In this document: positions 18,201-27,700 of the stretch, piece after piece
Layout: each line of letters starts with the position of its first letter
Numbering within the stretch: the stretch's first letter is position 1
Assembly (NCBI GenBank): GCA_020348445.1
Contig: CP070751.1
Coordinates: forward strand, 1,075,250 to 1,104,208
Reading direction: 5' to 3'
DNA: 28,959 nt
Origin: Thermoplasmata archaeon
GTDB taxonomy: Archaea > Thermoplasmatota > Thermoplasmata > GCA-020350865
Notes under the pieces: model-generated
The model's database searches: none
Told to the model about the DNA's origin: nothing
Seen by the model: only the letters and a program-made list of their open reading frames with translations
Translations under genes and position numbers: made by a program

Positions 18201-18367
18201 CTACGATCATTGGATTTATATATATTAATTCAAGTTCTAGTGATTTGCTTTTTGACACAAAGCCGGCGTACATCCCAGAATTTAGGGACTTTATTTTGCC
18301 ATGTGCAGGCACACTTATGATATTTATTTATTATAAAAGGAAAAAAAGAGCTCAAAAAACTCCTTAA
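12206..18367 (+). CDS. Large membrane-anchored surface protein (2053 aa): Zn-ribbon/acidic head, GLTN repeats, TM, conserved ectodomain, WapA/RHS-N-like domain, 2 BNR/sialidase-like propellers, PEF-CTERM
   Basis: ORF track. Five CxxC..CxxC pairs, Glu-rich linker, GLTN repeats, TM LVVVPIILIILVISPYILISIT, WLADKSRAYPVTIDPT motif, two ~400-aa internal repeats, C-terminal IPEFRDFILPCAGTLMIFIYYKRKKR. Confidence 0.95.
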   Translation: MAKEKSPKRRCPLCGTKLKIPSFKCNGCDKYFAADEVIKENNKKSRCPECAIRVRSVSQKDIKKDIKCQECGFSFDDMDYWEETLGTYSEITPKEEIEELGDKLESLSEEIDNIIDETLKEEIDVYKCPDCGREIDVDAKSCPGCGVEFFELEEVPEVIRKEKIEEIIEKFECSECGTLVDSGATECPKCGILFSEEEEENLFECPTCGWEVDISCVECPRCGTEFIPEEEFGEELEEEFEEEPEDEFEKLLVGVLDSETEEESVKKIEEILEVDLEVEPEVEVDEIPTSESIESLIPQEYEEIEIREEQHVGLVNGLVNGQKKEKQGSAKDYGLTNGLVKVHKKRKYGMTNGLTNGLTNGLTNGLANGLTNGLRALKTGLTNGITNGNGITNGLSAKHGVFEGKKGKWKLVVVPIILIILVISPYILISITKEPKGIEIDGKFGDWRSVVTMSDKGEGAEFNSNVDIIDYRVDSRLMELSFYLKVDGIILAGEQGEERHVDTAYIFIDTDQDPNSGYYIEGIGADYMMEIYGWEGKVLGRTIYSYQAQEQDWNLWKLGESVAVAVSGSELEAQISLGGLNLQENDIVDVLFYMQSWDGFDDFSDTIISNDNGILSVIQQGVGESKIDGNNNRLLKLEIKAKNADIRINEIKAARTGVGSELDVSGVWLENENGDRIVFGTYTEGQVTFRPDMLILKDEIHIVYLVIAIGEDSGAINTIGFNIEDNHDVVTDKGTVSLSRIKPEEHRHDISYIIDVPINVTIDGAFADWIDKNIREDFISEDVDHVNLDILKYGASETDDGQAFFLNVDGDMFGGVEVPYWNNRKYSEPKSVKGNATGPSDPAPSLPPKTGEDVVYIFIDNDNSSITGYILGTLGADYLIEFRGRHGKIISSNYYGYTGINRWEWLWEKEGEVEDVAIDSTQLETQIGVDDLVLNANFTWCFMTTNWANSTKDYSDDTLVGIRGMPASFPNIEGEDAKALPGIFSEGQAMLSGGQEFQRDTLVMTYNGTLVPTTESGYGYTCENSFYQLFFKERSNAEGLVKLGNELMDGSTQSNTLTFHPKEMQYSNQHDESEKLANVSDVPSYAGSSSIQWNETFVIGSSSTTLKYVVEVDRLKEFLILSELPKVPHEMLNQTNITLDYGFIISFGENVIWVDGEQKTSDFVTTETIEFRSTNGDIQYTMPEPFAVDDNNMITPCSYSFEFQEEGALLYIRTPYEWLADKSRAYPVTIDPTTIANSPNVGLSVVGAQRRLLRDSAGYWYAFWDRNILFPRSQCRINASKSTNYFGSAWGAEICLAQDPSYGTSVLSGDGDGGAWNPSVAIYRTGTVANDVIHLVWEGYTTSYRLLWSSCTDLANFDQTASWDVPEFFGNSGSSNTNPSISVDESGIPHAAWRSNPSGVAEVYYSKRTGGSWQTPLQISNSGSVRNPSIDIDPDNVLHVTWVNFTSPKSIDYKQCDNIANSMTASEWHKADGSTGEDTVITTMGNSNDYTMVADNDGNVWVVAVGGSSSNAHLYWNKMSGSSWDTEAQLTMFTSYTPTIGASCDEITGADYVHLMWEDGTTNDIFYAYNFNDGNGWDRADWDLASDGYAEDVEIFVGTYGSLSMERHIYSTHAGFIAWDQSIGKIVFAWQPLPHLMDDGGAGYEYGTRTVPALIRDSSGLWYAIWRDTSTVARHVRSANTEGTHWEKAPQKAIGGGAQISSGTSDENPCVAIYRTGTVVNDEIHVVWVDGNEIFHKSLTNPANWESGWLPAGSANQLDGNVVNEDCYSPQVAVDSNGVPHVVWAQVNPSIGGTEIYYTKRVSGSWQTAISLTPNSAYIYLAPCIDIDSDDYIHVAYINASRIPSTINYKMCDNPSQSLTSSQWHRANDNAGEDVIIWNTNDMNLPSIVADVDNDVWVVCYELSDYDIWYNKCDYPSSYWGSASTIATASMFRYPTIGADSGGWVHVVWRIAGVAEIYYSRNKDDGNGWGVWDEPYVKVTESGSGKRGPNIEKHILEGSTIIGFIYINSSSSDLLFDTKPAYIPEFRDFILPCAGTLMIFIYYKRKKRAQKTP
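12236..12871 (+). other. Five Zn-ribbon (CxxC-x10/17-CxxC) units with acidic spacers, ORF2 cytoplasmic head
   Basis: CPLC..CNGC, CPEC..CQEC, CPDC..CPGC, CSEC..CPKC, CPTC..CPRC. Confidence 0.88.
13142..13390 (+). repeat. GL[TVA]N tetrapeptide repeats with basic spacers (ORF2)
   Basis: GLVNGLVNG...GLTNGL...GMTNGLTNGLTNGLTNGLANGLTNGLRALKTGLTNGITNGNGITNGL. Confidence 0.95.
13436..13501 (+). other. N-terminal transmembrane signal-anchor of ORF2
   Basis: GKKGKWK followed by LVVVPIILIILVISPYILISIT. Confidence 0.88.
13517..15097 (+). other. Conserved ectodomain of ORF2
   Basis: Colinear with the ORF1 and ORF3 constant regions, from IEIDGKFGDW to DYSDD..GIRG. Confidence 0.85.
15200..15904 (+). other. 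WapA/RHS N-terminal-like beta domain ending in YPVxIDP
   Basis: LKEFLILSELP...PEPFAVDDN...YEWLADKSRAYPVTIDPT resembles the domain found N-terminal in bacterial RHS/WapA/DNRLRE proteins. Recognised from memory. Confidence 0.5.
15953..18260 (+). repeat. Two tandem ~400-aa BNR/sialidase-like propeller repeats in ORF2
   Basis: LLRDSAGYWY / LIRDSSGLWY; AIYRTGTVANDVIHLVW / AIYRTGTVVNDEIHVVW; KRTGGSWQT / KRVSGSWQT; NDGNGW / DDGNGW. Starts at ~15953 and ~17159. Confidence 0.8.
18272..18349 (+). other. PEF-CTERM archaeal sorting signal of ORF2
   Basis: IPEFRDFILPCAGTLMIFIYYKRKKR. Confidence 0.85.
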
Positions 18368-18758
18368 AAGTTGGAGGGAGCAGAATAATAATTGAATCTA
18401 AATTTTATATGAACCATACTAAATAAGATTTGAAATGAAGGTTATTTAATTTGAATTAAAAAGGCCGAATACACCTTATATTTAGTAAAATATCCGGAAA
18501 TTATAAAAAATCATCATTTGTTTTGGTGAAAACCGAGAAACCCTGTATTTAAGTTCGTTATTTAGGTTAATAAAAGGATATTATGATTTCAAACCGGGAT
18601 TATGTTATGATTGCATTTTTCGTACAGATTATTGGATTTTTACTACATAATTAGTATAAATAAACATAGAAATAAAATAGAGTTAGAAAAACCGAAGGTT
18701 CTTGTATATTAGAAGAGAGAGGAAAGCATTCGAAATTTAACACTTGTTATAATCGGTG
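18368..18758. promoter_or_regulatory. 391-bp AT-rich intergenic region, presumed promoter region of ORF3
   Basis: Visibly AT-rich non-coding gap with several TATA-like stretches (e.g. ttgtatatta ~18702, aaatttaa ~18733). The TSS cannot be placed. Confidence 0.5.
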
Positions 18759-18766
18759 ATGGTGGA
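18755..18766 (+). promoter_or_regulatory. Archaeal-type Shine-Dalgarno site (GGTGAT/GGTGGA) at the ORF3 start
   Basis: ggtgatggtgga; GGTGAT ends 7 nt before in-frame TTG18768. Confidence 0.5.
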
Positions 18767-21700
18767 TTTGAGCGGGAATAAAAAAGGGCCAAGGAACTGC
18801 CCCTGTTGTGGAGAGATGATACCCTCAGGGTCCCATAGATGCTCAAATTGCGGCGCTGTTATTAAACTGAAGACTGTAAAAGCCGTTGTTGCCTCTTCAA
18901 AAGAAATCGAGGGTACAGATAAGAAAAACAAAATTTTCAGGGATTTTGTCAAGCGTTACAAGAAAATCGAAGGAATAGCCGAACACAGGCAATCAACGAG
19001 AAGGTCAGGATCACCTAAAATGGTGATAAAGGATGCCCCAGGAAAGTCAAAATCCAAACCAGAACCCAAATTGAAGCCCGAACCTGAATCCAAACCCAAG
19101 CCAAAACAAAAGCCTGAACCGGAGCCTGAACCAGAACTGAGCAATGATGACTTGGATGACTGGGAGAGAAAGTTGGAAGACCTCCTTGGTAAAAAGGTCG
19201 GGACCCTGGTTCCTCAGTTGCCCGAGGATGAAGACCTTGAATTGGACAAAATCGAAACCGAGGAAGATATAAGCCTCGGAGAAGAGGAATCAGATGATTT
19301 TGAGGAAGATTACGAATGTCCCGATTGTGGATATTCCCTGGGCGTAGAAGCAACTTTCTGTCCAAATTGTAAAGCAGAATTTTCAATCACAGATGATCTT
19401 ATAGATGCGCTGGAAGAAGTTGTAGAGGAACAAACAGAAAAAGCACAGGAAGTTGAATTGAGAAAATCGAAGAAGTTGTTGAAACAGAAAAACGAATGCC
19501 CCTCTTGCGGGTGTACTGTTGATCCGTCAGACACAAAATGCCCGATCTGTAAGATGCAATTCAAAGAATTTGAAGAAGTGTTTTTAGATTATGAAGAAAC
19601 ACCTGAAGGATCCCCTCAACCAAAACGGGAGACACCAGAAGATACGGCAAAGGCTGAGGAAGAGTATGAGATAGAGGAGGTAGAGGAATTTGAATGCCCA
19701 ATCTGCAGCGGCATAGTTTCCGAGGACGACATAAGATGTCCGGATTGCGGCGTGGAATTCACAGATTTTGATGAATTACCTGATAAGCTCATTGAATCGT
19801 CAATCGAGGATTTGGACAGGTTCATAGAGGAAACAGCCTCGGAACTTGTGATAGAGGAATCTGTATCTGAAGAGCTTCCCTCAATACCGAGAATGGCAAA
19901 GGAAGGGGATGAGGTAAGAAAAATAGAAGCCGAGCCAACTATGGGGAAGTCCCTGGAGTATCAAAATTTACATATAGACTCATTGATGGAGCAATTAGAG
20001 TTTCTAGGAAAACCAGAACCTGAAAAGAGCAAAGAGAAAAGGATTGCTGAGGAAGGACCAAAATGTCCTATGTGCGAAGCCGATTTTTCTGAGAATGAGA
20101 CCTTCTGTCGAAAATGCGGCATGTTATTGACCCTTGAGACCAAGGCAGATAGAGACCAGGTTTCAGCTTTTATCAGTGGAATACGAGATATAATGAAAGA
20201 GATGCAGATCTCATTGAATGAGGAGGGTATAAGAAAGAGAATACAATCGCTGGACAAGGAGATTTCATTAAACCTCATGAACGAGGAGCTTTGGTTTGAG
20301 AGGGGATTGCTTCTAATTGAACTCGATTCATATAAAAAGGTGCTCAAGTCCTTTGATACTGTTATAAGGCTCAATCCAAATCATAAAAAGGTCTGGATTG
20401 CAAAGGCCGATGTCATGAGAAGGCTCAATCGGATAGAGGAAGCCTCCCGCTGTTATCAAAAAGCATTTGAGATCATGCAAGCGGAGTATCACAAAGAACC
20501 GGGAAAAGAAAAAGAACCAGCAAAACACCCTGTAAAAAGACCTGTAAAAAAACCCGTTGCACCTGATCGAATCAAGCCTGATTTGGGTCTAGCAGGTGGT
20601 ATAAAACAGGGAGAGGATATAACAGAGGGTCCAAGAGGTGGTCTTACAAACGGCCTAAGAAAAGCAAGAGGTCGGGGCTTAACCAATGGCCTGACAAACG
20701 GAGTGAAAAGGGGCAAGCGAGGATTGACCAATGGCCTCACAAACGGAGTGAAAAGGGGCAGGCGCGGATTGACAAATGGACTTACAAACGGCCTCACGAA
20801 CGGATTGACCAATGGTCTAACAAACGGATTGAAGAGGGCCAGGCTGGGTCTTACCAACGGCCTCACAAACGGTCTGACTAACGGAATAACAAACGGTCTT
20901 ACAAACGGTCTTCGGGCTTTGAAGATGGGCCTTACAAATGGCATCACCAACGGTAACGGTATCACAAATGGCCTAGGTGGAGGCCAGGCTTTATTGAAGG
21001 GAAAGAGCTCAAAAAGCAGAATGGTAATGGTGGCTCTGATTGCATTGTGCTTGATTTTTGCACCTTATCTCATTTACATAACCCAGGCTCCACCCGATAA
21101 AATAGAAATAGACGGCAAATTTGGAGACTGGAGGGGAATAACCACCACAACCGATATGAACGATGGTGCGCCTTTTAATCCAAACGTCGACATAATCGAT
21201 TACAGGGTAGACTCCAGGGTGATGGAGCTTTCATTTTATCTGAAGGTCGAGGGTGTCATGTTGGCAGGTGAACCTGGTGATGGAAGACATGTTGATTGTG
21301 CATATATTTTTATGGATATTGATCAAAGTCCTGATACTGGGTATTTAATCAAAGGTATTGGTGCTGATGTCATGGCCGAGATATATGGATGGGACAGTGA
21401 GATTCTCGGCAGCTCCCTTTACAGTTATGAGGCTCCAGAACAGGATTGGAATCTGTGGGAGGTGATAACCAGTATCGCAGTTGCTGTTGGTGGATCAGAA
21501 CTGGAGGCCCAGCTTACACTATCTACACTTTATCTTGATAAAAATGACGAGGTTGATGTTCTATTTTATATGCAAAGCTGGGATGGTTTCGACGATTTTT
21601 CTGATACTATAATATCCAACAAGGAGGGTATTTTAACTGTTAGGCAGCAGGGTGTTGGTGAGGATGAAATAACTGGAAACGGTAACAGATTGCTTAAACT

Positions 21701-24700
21701 GGAACTCGAAGCGAAAAAAGCTGATATCACCTTAACCGAGCTGAAGGCCACAAGAACTGGATTTGGCAGCGATAGCGATGTGGCAAGTATAAGGCTAGAA
21801 AATGAAAATCGAAATTCTGTGGCAGCTGGTTCTCTGTCAAATGGTATAGCCACATTCAGATCGGGAGTGTCATTATCAGAGGGGCAGACAACTGTACTCT
21901 ATATTGTTGTGGATGTAGCCAGCACCGCGATAGCTCATAACAGCATTGGCTTTGTTATCATGACGCATCATGATGCAGTGACAGACAGGGGAACAGTAAA
22001 TTTAGAAAAAGTGAAATCTGAGGCTTGGCAAAATGAAGTCAGTTATATACTTGGTGTGCCAACAAATGTAACTATAGACGGGGCATTCGCAGATTGGGAT
22101 GGCAAACTCAAAAGCAACGAGACTGGCGGGGATGTGAACCGAAGGAATTTGGATATATTGGAATATGGGATTTCCAGTACAGACGAAGGACCTGCTTTCT
22201 TTTTACGGGTAGACTCCGAGATATGCGGAGGCGTTGCAGTGCCGTACTGGAATAAAAAAGCCAAAACAGAGCCTATAGTAGGAGCAATGGTGGGAGGTGA
22301 ATCCCAAATCTCAGAGATAAGTCCTAAGACCGGAGAAGATGTGGTTTATGTTTTCATTGATACGAACTCAGGGACAGGCTACAGATGGGGTCTTCCCATA
22401 TCCGCAGATTATATGATCGAGATTACTGGGAGGCATAACAAAGTATTAAGTAAAATCTATTATGAATTTTCAGGAACTAATTTCTTTAATTGGGTCTGGA
22501 CCGTCCTCGGAGAGGTGGATGTTGGCTTGGATTTACTGAATATGGAAATAGGATTAGATTGGAACGAGATCGGAATCGATCCATATTCTGAATATTTTGA
22601 GGTTTACTTTTTGTCCACGGATTGGGAGAAATCTGAGGTTGATTATTCAGATGATGCTTTACCATTTTCCCTGAATCAGACGATATTGGACAACCTGCTT
22701 GCAAGCAGAAGGGGAACTCGTGGGTATTACACGACAGATCATGTTCATCCGAACGATGCAGCAAATTCGGATGGTGAAGTAACAGATTATCAAAATTTGG
22801 ATGAGGATGCAGCAGGTGACAGCACTTATGAAAACAGCGGTGACAAAAATGATCCTGGTGTAGATTGGATCGAGGTCTACTTCCCAAGCGTGACCATTCC
22901 TGACACTGCCACCATCCATAACATCACATTATATTATGGTTACTATACTGAAGATGGTTGGGAATTGACAACAGATGCAACCTCAAATATCACCTGGAGA
23001 GTTGACGCAACAGAAAATGACCTTGGAAATTACACCCTCAGTGATCCTGCTGATACAGATATTGATGCTACATTAATATTAACCACGAACCTACCTACAA
23101 AATCAAATCTAGCCTCTGGTAACTTTAAAATAAGATTTAGAGGAATCGATGGTGGTGGCAAAGATGAATTTTGGTTGGATTACTGTTACTTCACAATAAA
23201 TTATTCTTACTATTATTATGATGTTAGAATAAACGAAATTATGGCAGACCCTGTTGGGGGAGGGCCCTTTGACGATGATTGGTCGTACCGAAAGGCAATC
23301 ACAATCGATCATACGAAGGTAGTTGAGGATCTGGAGGATTTCCCTGCGTTGATCAGCATCACAGACTCCGACCTTGCGAGCAAGGCACAATCTGATGGGG
23401 ACGACATCTTATTTGTTGCCTCCGATGGAGAGACCAAACTTGATCACGAAATTGAGATTTATACGAGCACTACAGGTGAACTGGTCGCATGGGTTAAGAT
23501 CCCTCTTCTCAGCTCGACTCATGATACCACAATCTACATGTATTATAATAATCCAGATGCCACTGATCAACAGAATTCTGAAGATGTTTGGAGCAACAAT
23601 TACAGATTCGTGGGGCATCTTAGCGAGACAAGTGGTTATTGTTACGACTCCACATCTTATGGGATATCAGCGACACCGGATGTATCGATAGCTCGGGGTG
23701 AAACTGGTCAAATAGGTTATGCCTATCTATTCGACGGGGTGAGTGCTGAGGTGGACTTTCTTACCATTCCTGATGGTCACCTCGATTTTGGTACGAACAG
23801 TATGACTGTCAGTTGTTGGGTGAATGTTAATGAAACATCAGGATATCAGGACTATGTGACTAAAGGAGGACAAGGTACTACAGATGGAGGTTATGCCATT
23901 CGTTCAAGGGATAATGGTGATCAAAGTTATTTTCGTGTTACAGATACAGTAACTTCAGAAACAACCAATTTCAGGTTTGCAAATTACACCTGGGCGTATC
24001 TGGTGGGTGTATGTGACAGAACAAGTGACGTGGGACGGATTTATGTAGATGGTGTAGATCACACTGAAGATGATGGTGACACCATTGCCTCTGGTTTTGG
24101 TGGGATCGACGCGTCCACCGAAGATTTTAAAATAGGAGATGATGCTGAGACACCAGAAGGTTTGATCGACGAGGTTCGCGTCTCTTATGGAGCACACTCC
24201 GAAGGATGGATAATCACAGAATTCAACAATCAATACTCCCCTTCGACATTTCACTCAGTCGGGGCTGAGGAATTAAATAGTGCAGGATGGTCGTATCGCA
24301 AGTCAATCACAATTAATTCAAGTAAGGTTACAGGTGATCTCAACAATTTCCCTGTTCTTATCAACATCACGGACTCCGACCTCGCCAACGATGCACGGTC
24401 AGATGGGTATGATATTGTTTTCACTTTATCCGACGGCATAACCTCTCTTGATCACGAGATCGAGAGCTTCAACAGCACTTCAGGTCAATTATTTGCATGG
24501 GTTAAGATTCCCAGCCTATCATCATCCTCTGACATCACAATTTACATGTATTACGGAAATAGCGGACAGAGTATCCCAACAGAAAATCCAACTGGTGTTT
24601 GGGATTCAAATTATGTAATGGTTCAGCATTTGGAGGAGAGCCCAGCAAATGACGTAGAAGGACATCTTGATTCCACTTCTAACGACAATGACGGCACACC

Positions 24701-27700
24701 AAAGAATTTCGCAGGGACAGCAGGTTCAACAACTGATGCAACGGGCAAAATAGACGGAGCTGACGAGTTTGATGGGGTCGATGATCATGTTGATTGTGGG
24801 AATGATGCGAGTTTGAATATTACTGCAACTGAGATAACAATGGAAGTTTGGGTATATGGTGAATTCCCAACGCAATACAAGAGATATAATGTCTTAAACA
24901 AATACAATCGTGGAACAGGAGGTTACGGCCTAGTAATTTATAGACATTCAAATAATATAGGCACACCAGAGGCTTACCTTCAAAATAGCTCAACATATAG
25001 TGAAAGTCTATGTGGAAATACATATGTAATTAATCCTAATACTTGGCATCATGTTGTTTTTACTTGGGATTCTCCTAATGGTTCTATGTATGTAGATGGA
25101 GTGAAGAGGGCTGATTGTGATTTTGGTGGTTCTATAAATCCTAATCCAAGTAAAAACCTTTGGATAAGTAGATCTGGAGGTGCATCAGGTTCAGATGTAT
25201 ATTGGAACGGCACAATCGATGAAGTCCGAATCTCCAATGTTGCTCGCTCGGGGAACTGGATCAATACTTCATATATCAACCAGAATGATATAAGCTCGTT
25301 CCTTTATGCAGGCAGTGAAGAATCTCTCAGTGGATCAGCAGGCTACGAATGGGTAGAGATTTACAACGCCGAAAGCTCCTCTGTGGATCTCACAGAATGG
25401 TATCTTAAAGATCATCAGGGACACGCTTTCGATTTAAGTGGTGCAGGCAGCATTTCAGCTGGAGGCTATTTGATATGCCATCTGGGTGAGACTGGAACTA
25501 ACAGTTCCACAGATGTCTATGACTCTGCTTATAGTATAACTTTCCAGCCAGATGCAACCGATGGAATAGACAACTTCTTGGATGATTCCGCTTCTACAGT
25601 TAATTTCGGAACAACCACATATCTAGATGTGGAGAACAATACTAATCAAAGAAGACCGATTCTCCAATTCAATCTGTCAGGCTTGCAACAGGGTAAAGTT
25701 TCAGAGGCCAAGGTCTACTTATACAGGTATGACGGGGATATAACCAATGATGCCGATGTCAATGTGCACAGGATGACCCAGAATTGGACAGAGTCAGATC
25801 CAGGTGGTTCTGATTGGAATACGTATGACAACTCCAATAATTGGGTGACTTCCGGTGGTGATTACGATAGCACAGTCGAAGACACAACAACAGTCCAGGG
25901 TGGATCAACAGCATGGTATTCGTGGGATATCACTGATTTGGTCGAAGATTGGATAAGTGGTATGTATGATAATAATGGCATGATTTTCGAGGCAGATCCT
26001 AGTGGGTATCCTCAATATTTCTTTTCAAGTGATTATAATACTGATACAAGTAAGAGACCAAAACTCGTTGTCAATATGACATCGACTCGAATACTCGATT
26101 ATACAGACGGTCTGTATCTTTATCTTAGCTCAGATTCGGTAATGGATTATATAGCTTGGGGTGGTGATCCAGGTTCATGGGATGATGACGCTGTAGATGC
26201 AGGTCATTGGACTGCAGGGGATTATATTAACACCTCATCCATTTCCGAGAATCAATCATTTGGCCGCGATAGGGACTGTACAGATACAAACTCCTCCTCT
26301 GATTGGGAAGGACCTGAGACAAACAAGGCAGATCCTTTTGGCATTCATTCTGGTTCTTGGACACAAGGTTCGGTAAATAATGATCAGGCCATAATCATCA
26401 ATGAAATCATGTTCAATCCCAATGGAAATCCCTACGATAATGGTTGGGATTATAAGAAGAAGATTACGATTCATGCAGGGAAGGTTATGGACGATCTCAC
26501 TGATTTCCCTGTGGTTTTGGATATGACCCTATGGGATCTGGCGACCTATGCTCAATCCGACGGTGGCGATATTCTCTTTGTGGGTGCGGACAATGATACA
26601 AAACTCGACCATGAAATTGAGAAGTTCAACAGCACCACAGGCCAATTGGTGGTATGGATAAAAATACCCTTTCTCTCCTCAACCAATGATACAGTTCTAT
26701 GGATGTACTACGGCAATTCAAGTTGTGGAAACCAGCAGAATCCCAAAGAGGTTTGGAGTAATGGCTTTGCAGGTGTATATCATTTGGAGGAAGATGATCA
26801 ACCATACGCTAACTCAGTTTCCTCGGGTAACTACGGCTCCTGGTGGCTGCCACCTGAAAGAACCTCGGGACAAATTAGTTACGGGCAGGAGTTTGGAGGA
26901 GTATCTGGAGGCGTCGATTATGACCATATGATCGCTGTTGGTGATTTTGGAGAATGCAATGGAACAAATACGAATCTCACAGTCTCCGGCTGGGCCTGGA
27001 TCAATGATTCTTATCTTGATGATTATGCCAAAATTTTTTACAAGAGAAACGCAGCCGACGATGGCGTTTCCTATCAATTGGAGTTTGGTAGCGAGGTTTC
27101 TGATAAGAATATTGGCTGGGCAATCCAGGGAGATTCGCTTGGTAGAAGGGCTGTTGCCAAATACTGTTGGGTGTACGTTGCCGGAACATACAATGGCACC
27201 ACGAAAATATTGTACATAAACGGAAGCGAAGCTTCTCGTGATTACGATACATCAGGGGCACTTGTAAGCACGCCATCTCAAGTGACGTTCGGTTCTGGAG
27301 ATAGTCCTAGTCAAAACTTTGGAGGCATACTGGATGAGATGAGGGTAGCTATAGCAACACGCTCGCCTGCGTGGCTTGCCACAGAGTTCAACAATATGTT
27401 GGATCCCAGTACCTTCTTCAGTATCGGGGACTGTAATAATCGGAAAATCGTCACAATAAATTCATCTCAGGTGTCCGGGGATTTAACAGATTTCCCTGTA
27501 TTTGTTAATATCACAGATTCGGACCTTTCTGCCAATGCACGAGGCGATGGATATGATATTTACTTCACCTCTTTAGACGGTACAACCAAGCTTCATCATG
27601 AAGTTGTAAGTTACGACGGAAGTTCAGGAGGCTTGAGAGCCTGGGTGCGCATACCTTCGCTTTCCTCATCCGCGGACACCAACATATACATGTATTACAA

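Noticed and set aside
1-18367. Polymorphic toxin system (constant N-terminus, variable C-terminus)
   Set aside because: ORF1 and ORF2 end in membrane anchors, not toxin domains, and no small immunity genes follow them. The ORF3 C-terminus cannot be seen.
18361-18377. ctcc...ggag hairpin at the ORF2 stop as a terminator
   Set aside because: The stem is only 4 bp and there is no following U-tract.
20489-20965. Minus-strand ORFs with PFVRP repeats (also 13201-13464) and other short ORFs in the track
   Set aside because: They are antisense or out-of-frame shadows of the GLTN arrays and long genes, with no independent coding signal.
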